This document shows, piece after piece, positions 11,173 through 22,567 of a DNA stretch of 64,000 bases (the stretch's first letter is position 1; each line of letters opens with the position of its first letter). A program made the position numbers and the translations under genes. The notes beneath the pieces are model-generated. The model searched no databases. It was not told the DNA's origin and worked only from the letters and a program-made list of their open reading frames with translations. The DNA comes from Neodothiora populina. Its lineage: Eukaryota. The stretch is from NCBI RefSeq assembly GCF_041146345.1, contig NW_027191407.1, positions 62,001 to 126,000 on the forward strand, in the 5' to 3' direction.

Positions 11173-12753
11173 ATGGCATTCACCAATCACTCCATGGCGC
11201 TCTCAATGCGGCCATTGAACAAAGAATGGGAACGGAGCAACGCCTATGACGATCTCTTCAACCAGTACATCGATATCGACCTCCTGAATCTGAGCGACTC
11301 ATCGACATCGCTTGACAGAATTGGTTCCGAAGACTTTAGCAATATCTTCCACACGGCCGAGACGTCAAGCCCTGATTCTGATTCGAGTGACATAGCGCAG
11401 AAGCCGTGGAATGCGAAGGACGTCGTGCAGGACTTCTGGACCAGCACTCTTCGTTCTCTAGAAGTCGGCGCAGAAAGCGCCGCTCACTCGGACTTCTTGA
11501 GTCTTGGTGGATTCCCAAGTCCTCACATATCGTCGCCGACATCACCATCCGAGGCGGCTAGACAGCGAGGATCGACCTTGAACAACCGGACGCGTTGGTC
11601 AAAGCCGGCGGCTTCGCCAAAATCGCCTCGTACCCAGAAACGACAACACCAGAAGGATAAGTTGGCCAATATGATGTCTGCCTCCTGCTACAGTACGGGT
11701 TCTCCACGTGCTCGTACTGTCCCAAGAAACACAGGATCGATTTATACAACCACGCTACCATTCCGAACAGCTCCACTGTCACCTCCGCCATCAGCGAAAA
11801 GCTCTCGTACCGTTGATGTAACAACCCTACGCTCACCCAGCAGCGCAGATATAGGGGCTTTGCCGTATTCTCCTCGCCTTGAGGGCGGAATACTACCTGA
11901 AAACTTTGTCTCACCCGGTACCGAACCATACACTCCTAACGCATCACCGCTTACGAGTCCGGGGATGGAAAGACTCCCCGAAGGTCTCGCACCAGATGCC
12001 TCCAACGGCCGGAGCATGTATTATGCTGTTCCGTCGCCGGCGCTCCCAACCGCACACACACCGTGGGCTCTACGTCAAGATGACATGAAAGACGACTACA
12101 AGATCTTGCCGGCACCCTTAAACGCAGGCACACCATGGGCCCTACGTCAATATGACGCAGAAGACGACTACGAGATCTCACCGTCTTTCAACCCATGGTT
12201 GGCGGCTAACGGGATTAGACGCGATTCAAGCATTCGCATGAGTATTGGGCAAGCGAATATGCAGGAAAGCGACACACCTTTAGCAATGCTTCCCGGCTCA
12301 GACGATTCAGAGGCGAACGGATTGATGATTTCGTATGATCCAACATTTACTACAGACTCAAGAGAAGCAAGCGATGCGAAATTGTCTGCTTTGCCCTCGG
12401 TTCCTTACCCACTTGCTTCTATGAGGGACGACCAGTACGCCGCGAAGCGTTCGCCCTCCCCAGCCCCAGAGAGTCCTCGCGCTCGACGGCGGATGTCCAA
12501 ACAACGCATTCGTCGCAGAATCTCGACACCGAAGAGTCCTCGCGGCGCCAGCGCATCGGCGTTTGTGAACTTCACGGCTTCCGACAGCGCAAAGCTGCTC
12601 ACAGGTGTCGCGCCGAGTGGAAGCTCGAAGACCAAAGCGAGAAGAGAAAAGGAAGCCGCCGAGAGACGCAGGAAGTTCAGCATCGCTGCGGTCAACGCAT
12701 TGCAGGAGGCTGGCGGTGATGTGGGACGTCTGAGAGATGTGCTATGGAGTTGA
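11173..12753 (+). CDS. wetA: Developmental regulator WetA
   Basis: C-terminal ESC1/WetA domain FVNFTASDSAKLLTGVAPSGSSKTKARREKEA; N-terminal DDLFNQYI and SDFLSLGG motifs; Ser/Pro-rich body. Confidence 0.92.
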   Translation: MAFTNHSMALSMRPLNKEWERSNAYDDLFNQYIDIDLLNLSDSSTSLDRIGSEDFSNIFHTAETSSPDSDSSDIAQKPWNAKDVVQDFWTSTLRSLEVGAESAAHSDFLSLGGFPSPHISSPTSPSEAARQRGSTLNNRTRWSKPAASPKSPRTQKRQHQKDKLANMMSASCYSTGSPRARTVPRNTGSIYTTTLPFRTAPLSPPPSAKSSRTVDVTTLRSPSSADIGALPYSPRLEGGILPENFVSPGTEPYTPNASPLTSPGMERLPEGLAPDASNGRSMYYAVPSPALPTAHTPWALRQDDMKDDYKILPAPLNAGTPWALRQYDAEDDYEISPSFNPWLAANGIRRDSSIRMSIGQANMQESDTPLAMLPGSDDSEANGLMISYDPTFTTDSREASDAKLSALPSVPYPLASMRDDQYAAKRSPSPAPESPRARRRMSKQRIRRRISTPKSPRGASASAFVNFTASDSAKLLTGVAPSGSSKTKARREKEAAERRRKFSIAAVNALQEAGGDVGRLRDVLWS

Positions 12754-13539
12754 AGACTTTCTCGTGCAGTCAGATCAACAGATTTGTGCAAATGCCGAGC
12801 TCTGCTCTATGGTAGTTCTATATTCACTTTCGAGCTCTTGCGCCCCGAGCGAGCACTCGTCGCCAGAAGAGCGCTTCGGTTTGCCACCGAGCAAGCTGCA
12901 TAGAAGACAAAACCGAGTATCGCATTTCGCTAGTCTGACATTTGCTTGACAGATGTAACCTCGATAACTTCGCCGGCGCTAGCATGGGTGAACATCGGGG
13001 AAACACCTTTGTGCTATTGGACAAAGGTGCCGTCTCATATCGATGCGTGGACCTCCGGATGGAGTGCAGCGACAATTTCTGAGTAGATGTATGATACCCG
13101 AATCCTAGAGGTGGTAGGCGGCAGGTGGAAGGAACGACATGTCATATCAAAACAGAATGTCATAATATACTAGTCAGCCATACATACATTTTTGTCACAT
13201 TTATTTCAAGCGAATTACTACGACCCGAAGGTTCCACATACTTGTATGTCCCAGCGGCATTGCAATTAGTCGTTTGAAATGGAACGCGAACCAGAATTTC
13301 CATACACAGCCGGTGGCAGAATTCGGGACCCCTGACATCAGAGATGGGCCTCTAGCATCCCCATACACAAGCTACGCGGCCTGCTAAGTCTTTTCGGATG
13401 ATTCGGGAGTATAGCAATAGGCATGAGTGGAGTGCTTCTGCACACAACCCTTCATACAGCTGTGCAAATGCTGCGTACCAGGAACGAGGTGTACCTGGGT
13501 GGCGAAGCAGGCAAAGCCTCCTTCTCTCTATAGACGCTT

Positions 13540-14130
13540 TCACGCCTCGAGGTTGATGCTCTTACCGAAGCGTCCATAGAGAGCTGCTTTGAGCGCTTGC
13601 ATCTCTTCTTGCACTGTGCTGAGCTTCTCCTCTATCGTGTTGACCTCGGCATCTATCTTCTCCACTGAACCAGCGAGAAGTTCTTGGACCTCTTCTAGTG
13701 GCAAGGAGAAGAAGGAGTCGCCGATCTTGTAGCTTTTGAATTTGTAAGATGTTGCAGTGTAACGGGACAAGAATGACAGCAGACTTACGAGACCTTTTCG
13801 TCCTCATCTGCGAGCTCGAGCTCGCCTGAGACCTCTTCCAGGTCTTCCCTGTCTTTCTGTATGCTAGGTTAGTACGGTATAATCGTGCAGAATAAATCAT
13901 CATCTACAGCTACTAACTTGTTTCGTCTTCAACTCGGCATCTAAGAGTTTTACTTTTTGGTGTAATGTGCTGAAGCGGTTGATCTTGTCCTGATCCTCAC
14001 GCCGAACCTCTGTCTCTTCACCCTCCTCATCCTTGGACAACTGCCGAGTAGAATTAGTTTTCGGGATTCGAGTAAAACACGGGTACTTTGCATGAAGACT
14101 TACCATACGTCTCTGCATCATTGCGGCCAT
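13540..14130 (-). CDS. GIM3: Prefoldin subunit 4; multi-exon
   Basis: EVRREDQDKINRFS, YKIGDSFFSL and LKAALYGRFGKSINLE motifs, spread over short exons. Confidence 0.92.
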
Positions 14131-15084
14131 ATTGCTGCTTTTGTGGCTATTCGACCTTTAAGGAATGTCGTCTGGCTGTCCCATGAAGTTCACTAGTGAG
14201 GACCGCTCGCTTGCGATGCCAAGCACGTTGGCTTCTTACAGAAGGACAGTGCAGCTGGACAAGGCAACGATCGGGCCGGGATCGAAACACCGCAATCCCA
14301 GTACCCCGAGTTCTTACATGAGCCGCACCGAGCCGAACCGAACCGAAAGAACCAGACTCGGTTCGGCTGCCCATATACCTTACCCGGCTGACTGATTCGG
14401 AATGAGTTGTTGCAGTGGACGCAAATAGTCCTTAAATAGTCCTTGTTTTAAGGTATGGTGTATGGGTCAAACAATAATGATGCCGCGAAAGATATCAGTC
14501 GTTCATCCGTGCTTGTACATTTAGCTTATGAATCCAAAGGGCCCAACTGCCCAGGTCATGGGACGTGATTTGGCAAAGAGAAATGGCGAACCCTTGAGCC
14601 GGTGAAGGAGCCGCAGCTCAGTGAAAGGGCTTATCGTCTTACTGGTATATCGTACATGAAGGCAGACGCCTAGGGAAATGAAAAGGGGCCATGCAGCCGA
14701 TTGTTCTATGTAGTGTAGCTAAATAATCCAAGAGTTCTAGTGTTTCTGTGCTCGAATGGAATGCTCTTTCGTTCAGGTGCTGTGTGGGGTATGCTTGCTT
14801 ACTCATACATGTCGATGCCATAAGCTGCTCCGCTAGACGATAGAGTGTGGAGATCAGCTCTACTGTACCCTGCAACGTGCCCATGATGGTTATCCTGCCG
14901 CAGCGACACCATGTCACCTCCGCCAGAGTATTCTCATAGTTTTGCTCAGACTACGGATGAGCACGACGATGGTGCTACGAAAGATCCGAGTGCTGCGCCT
15001 GCGCCCGGAGACGTCGACATAAATACCCAGGGTTTGTTTCTGGTCACGTGAAAGGCACTGGAACGGACCTCGTCGAGCTAAATC

Positions 15085-15696
15085 ATGAACACAGCCATGC
15101 ACGACGACATACCTTACCCGGAAACGACGGCTGAAGAGTTGACACACCCGCCTGACTTCCGTCCGTTATTTACACTCATCGAAGACGCCGAGACTGGCGA
15201 TCACCATCATCCCGGGATTCACTACGTCTTCAGCGATGACGATCCGGCCTTGCTCACGACGGCGATAGTCGAAAGTCTGGCCATTCAAGCCGATGAGGCG
15301 CAGCCACAACAAGGCGAAGAGCGCATCGTGGTGCTCGATCTCGGACCGGACGGGAAGACGATCACGGATGCACAGAGCCTGAGTCCGGACTGGCAGATTT
15401 CCAACACTCAATTGTCACAGGCACCGTCCTGGAATGATGGGGACATGTCAAGAAGAGACGGGAGTCTGATGTTGACCATAAGCGGTACGGAAGGCAAGAG
15501 TCGACCGATACAGCCGACGAGGAAGGGGTCGCTGGACGCAATGTTGGGCAGCGTGGAGGGGCTGACGCTTGGTTATTCGGAAAGGCTGTCGGCTCTCGAC
15601 AAGCTTGTCAAAAAGGATGTTATCGAGCAAGAGAGCAGAGAGGGTCCAGGCCAGGACGAAGATCGAGGTCAAACAATGGCTGAAGCAGCTCAATGA
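15085..15696 (+). CDS. Conserved hypothetical protein (possible remote Atg31 homologue)
   Basis: 203-aa ORF with FTLIED, HPGIHYVFSDDD, ERIVVLDL and SLSPDWQI motifs. Confidence 0.75.
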   Translation: MNTAMHDDIPYPETTAEELTHPPDFRPLFTLIEDAETGDHHHPGIHYVFSDDDPALLTTAIVESLAIQADEAQPQQGEERIVVLDLGPDGKTITDAQSLSPDWQISNTQLSQAPSWNDGDMSRRDGSLMLTISGTEGKSRPIQPTRKGSLDAMLGSVEGLTLGYSERLSALDKLVKKDVIEQESREGPGQDEDRGQTMAEAAQ

Positions 15697-15802
15697 TGAC
15701 GGACGGCATCTGGTGCAGCATCACGAGACCCACGACATGACTTTTAATGAATACCTCTCACATCGACACGATGGTGCTCTGATGATAAGAATATATGAAG
15801 TA

Positions 15803-16642
15803 CTATTCCTTGTGCTCGACTGTGATGTTGTTCTGCTGCTGCTGCTCCTTCTCCTGTTTCTCCCTCTCGGCGCGCCTTTCGGCAATCTTGTCAATCTCCT
15901 TTGTGGACTTGAAACCGATGTTTCCCTCCTGCCCGATTCCCCACTTGTTGTATTCCTGATCGGTAATGATTCTCCTCTCCAACTGCACCTCGAGCGTCTT
16001 GCGTCCCTTTTTCCTTGCCTTGAGCCCGTCGTCGTCGACATCGACATACAGCGCCCACCGTGGCTTGCCTTGCTCGTCGGGAAAGTCAGGCTCCTCGACG
16101 GCCACGAAGGGCTCCCAGCCGTCGAACGAGAGGCACGAGTCCTCGAACTCATCCGTCCAGTCCCAGTCACCCACCAGATGCTCAATAGACCCGGACCGAT
16201 TCGAGTACTTCAACTCATAAGTGTCCTTGTCCGCGTACACCCAGTTGAGCATGGGCGGGTCGGCGGTGATCGTCGACACCAGCCCTCTGAGAGGCGGCAC
16301 GCGCGCCTCGTCTGGATACTGCAGGAAAAACCCCGTGAAGGGATGCGACTCCTTGCGCAGCGGCATGCCGCCCTTGCCTGATTTCTCTTCGACCCAGAGC
16401 TTGTCGTCGCGCAGCACGACCATGCCGTTGTTGAGCAGAGCGAAAGCGGGCGACTTGCGCAGCGAGTGGTCCACCGCACTGTCGACGTGGAACTTGACCA
16501 TCCGGGCTTCTGGATTGGCGTTTTTGGCTTCTTCGTTTGCTTTTTGCTGCTGCGAGACGCCTTGGCCCACACCCGTCACGGTGCCTATTGCCAGGCCGGC
16601 TGTTATCGGTAGGGCGAGGCCCAGTCCGAGTATGAAGTCCAT
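15803..16642 (-). CDS. Conserved fungal hypothetical protein
   Basis: 279-aa ORF with strong GC3 codon bias, Gly-rich hydrophobic N-terminus, and HPFTGFFLQYP, PPMLNWVYAD and WEPFVAVEE motifs. Confidence 0.8.
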   Translation of the reverse strand: MDFILGLGLALPITAGLAIGTVTGVGQGVSQQQKANEEAKNANPEARMVKFHVDSAVDHSLRKSPAFALLNNGMVVLRDDKLWVEEKSGKGGMPLRKESHPFTGFFLQYPDEARVPPLRGLVSTITADPPMLNWVYADKDTYELKYSNRSGSIEHLVGDWDWTDEFEDSCLSFDGWEPFVAVEEPDFPDEQGKPRWALYVDVDDDGLKARKKGRKTLEVQLERRIITDQEYNKWGIGQEGNIGFKSTKEIDKIAERRAEREKQEKEQQQQNNITVEHKE

Positions 16643-16976
16643 TGTGTGTAATCAGTTGATGGACTTTCAATCTGGATTTGACAATTGGACACTTTCCGGT
16701 GTTATGGTAGCCATGGTGGGATGGGGGTTGGCGAGTGTCATGACATATAGACAGTCAAGTGTCGGGACTGCGGCGACAATTACGGAGTAGACAAAAACCG
16801 GTTATCGATGGTCAGCTGGAAAAGGAGTCAGTCGGAGACACAGCAAGGTAATGTATGACTCATGTATGGACATTTTCCTCGAATGTGACGCATCCGCCTC
16901 TCTTTCTTTGGAGGGGTAACATATAGTACATCCACCATATAATTCATAGCTCGGTTGATCATACCAATTGACAGAC

Positions 16977-18700
16977 ATGCCTACGGTTCACCTGCTCGAC
17001 TACGTCGCGGGCAACATCCGCTCTCTGGTCAATGCAATCGAGAAAGTGGGCTACGAGGTCGAGTGGATCAAGTCGCCAGAAGATGTAGCCAAAGCAGAGG
17101 TCCGTCTTTCCCTTAAATTCGTATACCGTATGATCGTGCAATGATGAACTAACGTAAACCTCAGAAACTCATCCTACCCGGTGTGGGTCACTTTGGCCAC
17201 TGCCTCACTCAATTCATCAACGCGGGCTACGTCGAGCCGATAAAGGCACACATTCAAGCCGGCAAGCCGTTCATGGGCATCTGTGTCGGTCTACAAGCTT
17301 TGTTTGAAGGATCTGCCGAAGACCCTAATGTCATTGGCCTAGGAGTCGTGCCCGGAAGACTGGAGAGATTCAACGACACGAACAAGAGCGTGCCTCAGAT
17401 CGGCTGGAACTCGGCAAACACTGCCAACGCAAAGGGACTCGCTGCAGACCAGAGTCTGTATGGGCTACGACCGGACAGCAAATACTACTATGTTCACTCG
17501 TATGCTGCGCCTTACAAGCCAGGTGTGTTAGAGAAGGAGGGTTGGACTGTCGCTACCGCTCGTTACGGCGACGAGGAGTTTGTCGGAGCCGTCGCAAAGG
17601 AGAACGTTCTGGCCACTCAATTCCACCCGGAGAAGAGTGGTGCTGCCGGTCTTCGTGTCATCAAAGCATTCTTGGACGGAAATTACATACAAAAGCTACC
17701 GACGACGCCATCGGCGGCAGCGAGCAAGGAGGGTCTGACACGGCGAATTATTGCTTGTCTCGACGTGCGCACCAATGACCAGGGCGACCTCGTCGTGACA
17801 AAAGGCGACCAATACGATGTCCGCGACAAGGATAGCTCTGCAGTGCGAAACCTCGGCAAGCCCGTCTCCATGGCAGAGAAGTACTACCAACAAGGCGCAG
17901 ATGAAGTCACCTTTCTCAACATCACCTCCTTCAGGGACACCCCGCTGAAGGACCAACCCATGCTCGAGATCCTGCGACAAACGTCAAAGAGCGTCTTCGT
18001 TCCTTTGACCATTGGAGGCGGTGTCCGCGACACCAAGGACGCTGAGACGGGCAACGTCGTGCCAGCCCTCGACGTGGCAACTCTCTACTTCAAGTCCGGC
18101 GCCGACAAAGTCTCCATCGGCTCCGACGCCGTGACAGCCGCCGAAGAATACTTTTCAGCAAACCGCACACTATCAGGCAAGACGGCCATCGAGACAATCA
18201 GCAACGCCTACGGCGCGCAAGCCGTCGTCGTCTCCGTCGATCCCAAGCGCGTCTACGTCTCCTCACCAGACGCCACCCCCCACGCCACGGTAAAGCTATC
18301 ACCAAACGAAAAGGGCCCCAACGGCGAAGAATACTGCTGGTACGCATGCACACTCCACGGAGGCCGCACGACGTCAGACCTCGACGTCATCCAACTCGTC
18401 ACGGCCGTCGAAGCCATGGGCTGCGGCGAGATTCTGCTCAACTGCATCGACAAGGACGGCACGAACTCGGGCTTCGACCTCGGGCTCATCAGATCAGTCA
18501 AAGCCGCTGTCAAGATCCCCGTCATCGCGTCTTCGGGCGCAGGCAATGCGGGTCATTTCAAGCAGGTCTTTGAAGAGACGAGCGTGGATGCCGCTTTGGG
18601 CGCGGGCATGTTTCACCGGGGCGAGTGGACTGTCAGACAGGTCAAGGAGGTCTTGGAAAAGGATGGCTTGTTGATCAGGAGGTTTGAGGCCGAGGACTGA
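16977..18700 (+). CDS. HIS7: Imidazole glycerol phosphate synthase hisHF (bifunctional); 2 exons
   Basis: [11 protein letters not shown] exon 1, intron 17100-17164; [40 protein letters not shown]. Confidence 0.97.
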
Positions 18701-18908
18701 TCTACAACAAAAAGGAAAAAGAAAAGACAGAGAAGCGTGATATTAGCATCAGACTCGAAATGCACGAATACATGAAAAGAGAATACAGGTTCGTCTCTAT
18801 TTAGCATATGAGTGACAGCTTTCTTTGTAAAATATACATTTGCGAGGTATCTAAGCTACCTTGCTCACCACAGCGACTCGATGATGGAGGGAGACACAAC
18901 CCCGAGCC

Positions 18909-20375
18909 TCACAAATCATCGGCCTCGACCAATTGCACCACAATACCGGTCGACGCACCTCCACCGTTACATATCGCAGCACATCCGTACTCTCCCACCT
19001 TCAGTTGATGCAGAAGAGTGACCAAGATTCTCGATCCAGAGCTACCCAGCGCGTGTCCGAGGGCGATGGCGCCTCCCCTCGGGTTCACATTGTCCGTCCC
19101 TAGTCCAAGGATCTGGCTTATCGTCAGTGATCTGTTCGAAACAAGCCCGGCGACATGAATGCTTACCTTGGCGTTGGCCTTGATGACTGCGGCAAAAGCC
19201 TCATTGAACTCCCATATTTTGACCTGCTCCTTGGTAATGCCGGCCTTCTCGAGCACAATAGGGACGACCTTTGACGGCGCAATGGGAAAGTCGATGGGAT
19301 CCACTGCCGCATCGGCAGTTGCGACAATCCTGGCCAGGATTCTTTTTCCTTTGCCGTACTTCTTGGCTGTCTCTCGATTGGTGATGACAAGCGCGCTGGC
19401 GCCATCACTCAGTGGAGAGCTATTGGCCGCTGTCACTGTACCGTTACCTGACCTGTCGAACGCAGGCTTGAGCGTGGCGATTTTGTCGAGCTTGAGCTTA
19501 TTGTGTTGCTCGTCCTCTTTGACCACGACTTCGCCCTTCTTGCTCTTGACCGTCACCGGCACAACCTCTTCCTCGAACGCTCCGCTTTTCCACGCCTCCT
19601 GCGCCCTCTTGTACGACAGGATGGCAAACTCATCCTGCTCTTCCCTGCTAATCTCATGTTTCTTGGCCGTGTTCTCGGCACAGTTACCCATGTGGATCTG
19701 GTTATAGACATCCCAAAGACCATCTGCAATCAGGCCGTCGTGGAGTTTTTGTTCTCCGAAAGCGGGTTGCTGACTCGCTCGGGGCAAGTAATAGGGCACT
19801 CTGGACATGTTCTCCATTCCGCCGGCGATCTGCGCCTCGGCCATTCCCAGTTGGATCTTCATGGCCGCTATGCTGACGGCTTTCAGGCCACTCGCGCATA
19901 CTTTGTTGATTGTCGTCGCCTCGACACTCGTGGACAGTCCTGCCGCTATGGCTGCTTGTCGGGCGGGCGCCTGTCCGACACCAGCCTGTAGTACTTGGCC
20001 CATGTAGACATCTTTGATCAGGTCGGCTGGCACCGAGGATCGTTCGATGGCGGCTTTTATGGCGTGAGAGCCTAGTGTCGTGGCAGGAACCGCGGTGAAT
20101 GCTCCATTGAACTACAAAAAAAACATCAGGGAAGGTGGCTAAAGTATGGTATCGATAAGCTCCCGCTCACTCACCACTCCGACGGGTGTGCGAACGGCAC
20201 TGATGATATACGCATCCTGTATCTCCTTGTTGTGCCGAGTGGAACAACTGAACTCCCGTGAACGTCGCAGAAATGCGGACTTTCCACGTATCTGTATTTG
20301 CTGTCGGCTGTTAGAGGTCGCTACTGCTCTAGCCGACGAAAGCGCCGGACGGAGGAGTGCTGATGACGTCGTCAT
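18909..20375 (-). CDS. ERG10: Acetyl-CoA acetyltransferase (thiolase) with mitochondrial presequence; 3 exons
   Basis: [27 protein letters not shown] and AAICNGGG motifs; Arg/Ser/Ala-rich leader; introns at ~20112-20174 and ~19113-19165. Confidence 0.9.
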
Positions 20376-20849
20376 GGTTCCTGATTCTAGTATATCCTTC
20401 TATTTCCAGACAAGACAAAGAGAGATGGAGGATGAAGAGAAGAATAAACCAAAAGATCAGAAAAGGCAAAGTAACCACAACGACATACTCTCGGCACTCA
20501 AGACACGAGAAACTATCACATGCTACTCGTTACACACCTGTCGCTGCACTGTAAGGTACCGTCCATTCAGAGAGCACTCCTCGGGGTAAGTGGACGGAAC
20601 CGGGGCGTTTGGAGAGAAGGAACGCGGCCCACATGCCGAGGTTGTACAGTGGGTGACAGCAGCTTTCCCTCACAAAAGCCTCAAGGTAAGGTACCTTAGG
20701 TACATTTGAAGCGGAAAATAGCCGCGCCTTCCTCCGCAAAGTCGCAATTTCCGCCTCCTACTCTCCGTCACCCTCACCCTGTCCCTTCCTTGATGTCTCC
20801 CCACTCCTTCTGATCCGACGCCGTAGTCCTCTGCCGATCACAATCCATA

Positions 20850-21986
20850 ATGGCGTGGCTGAGCATTTCCTTGCTCATAATATCCATCACATACCTGACC
20901 TATCAACACCCGCCGACGACGTGGACGCCGATCCTGCGATGGTTCCGGTCGGCGAAGCGACAACGGGGGATTGTAAATACTCGAGAAGAGCAGATTGAGT
21001 CAATAAACACGTCTGAAGAACCGAAAGAGAAGAAGCAAGACAGGAGCGACGAGAAGAAGGACACTCGGCAAGGACCGCACGACGACGTTGACGGCGATGC
21101 GACACCCCTAGCAAATCCCACATCGATGGCGGTCCCGGTCCCTTCGTTCACCCTAGACGATTCTCACACTGCCGCGGGACGCGACTCAAATAGCGATGAT
21201 CAGAGGCCGCAAGAAGAGGAAGAAAAGGAGGAAGACGAAGACGAAGACGCTCGAGACAACCTTCCTCCACCAGTCTTTCCTGCGCCGAACTCAGCCCAAC
21301 GCGCTTCTGCTCTGCGTCCTCCCACAACTATGGCGCCGCCGCCGCCGCTGCCGCAACCACCCAAGCCCACACCTGGCCTCATGGCTCCTCCTGTTGTACC
21401 GGCATCGAGGACAGCATCGAGTCTCATGCCGCCTCCCTCCAGACCAGCCACAGACAGACAGATCCCCGCCGCCACGTCTTCTCTTCGAGTTCCTTCTACC
21501 GGGCCACTACCGAACCGTGGACCACCTGCATCATCTGGCGCACAGGCGAGGGGTCCACCTCCCAGTTCACTCTCGCCTGCTCGTATAGACACTCCTAATT
21601 CTCGGAATAAAGTCCAGCTCACTCCGGGCCATTCTCCCCTCGACTGGGCTACTCTCGCTCGCTCTGAAAATCTCAGCAATGTTCCTCGCTTCTTGCGCGT
21701 AACACCTTCAATGCTGAAACATTTCCACGGTCGCAAAGATAAAGAGACGGGTCTCAAAAAAGATGCCTGGAGTGTTTACCAGGGTAAAGTTTATAATATC
21801 ACGCCTTACCTGCCATTCCACCCGGGTGGCGAAGGGGAATTACTACGTGGAGCAGGCAAAGACGGCACCGCTCTATTCAACGATGTCCACCCCTGGGTAA
21901 ATTGGGAAGGAATGTTGACTTCCTGTCTTGTCGGTATCCTCGTCGCTGAGAGCGAGGAGACCAGTGGACTAGAGAGCTTAGATTGA
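20850..21986 (+). CDS. Cytochrome b5-like heme/steroid-binding domain protein (Irc21-like)
   Basis: LTPGHSPLDWA, GKVYNITPYLPFHPGG, GKDGTALF and HPWVNW motifs; N-terminal hydrophobic anchor and Pro-rich linker. Confidence 0.88.
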   Translation: MAWLSISLLIISITYLTYQHPPTTWTPILRWFRSAKRQRGIVNTREEQIESINTSEEPKEKKQDRSDEKKDTRQGPHDDVDGDATPLANPTSMAVPVPSFTLDDSHTAAGRDSNSDDQRPQEEEEKEEDEDEDARDNLPPPVFPAPNSAQRASALRPPTTMAPPPPLPQPPKPTPGLMAPPVVPASRTASSLMPPPSRPATDRQIPAATSSLRVPSTGPLPNRGPPASSGAQARGPPPSSLSPARIDTPNSRNKVQLTPGHSPLDWATLARSENLSNVPRFLRVTPSMLKHFHGRKDKETGLKKDAWSVYQGKVYNITPYLPFHPGGEGELLRGAGKDGTALFNDVHPWVNWEGMLTSCLVGILVAESEETSGLESLD

Positions 21987-22567
21987 ACTAACGCGCTCGT
22001 CGAGCACTTTTTAGAGTTTTATCTCGCATTTCAGTGGAGTTTTAGAGGACCATGATACCCCTTACACATAGAGTTTTACATATGATGAACTTCCTCGTCT
22101 CTGCATGCCTTGCATTTTACCTAGACCTATCATTGGTGATGACTTGGTTGCCTTTCGGGATAAGTTTGGCCGCCCAGAGCACGTGCCCTCAGTGACAGCT
22201 TTCTGACCGACAGACCTGACGGGATGCAAGGCTCAATGCCTCGACGATACGCTTCTGCAGCCATTGTGCTCTCTGATAATCCCAGAATCATGCTATCTGA
22301 CCCCTTGATACGTATGTCATACTCTTGTGAAGTTGTGAATACAAAATGTACGAGTGGAGTAGTCTCGGCTTGACTACGCACCGAACCGTCAACCACAAAG
22401 GGTCGTCATCTGTCATACTGTATGTTCTTCACCCACGCAAATCGTAGGGAAGAGATGCTGCATGACCATGTATCACACAAGGCATGTAGCAATATTCTTG
22501 CCCCATACGACGAAGAAGAGAATACATCTTACGGTCCAGCTCGTATTATAGATATATTATGCATGTA

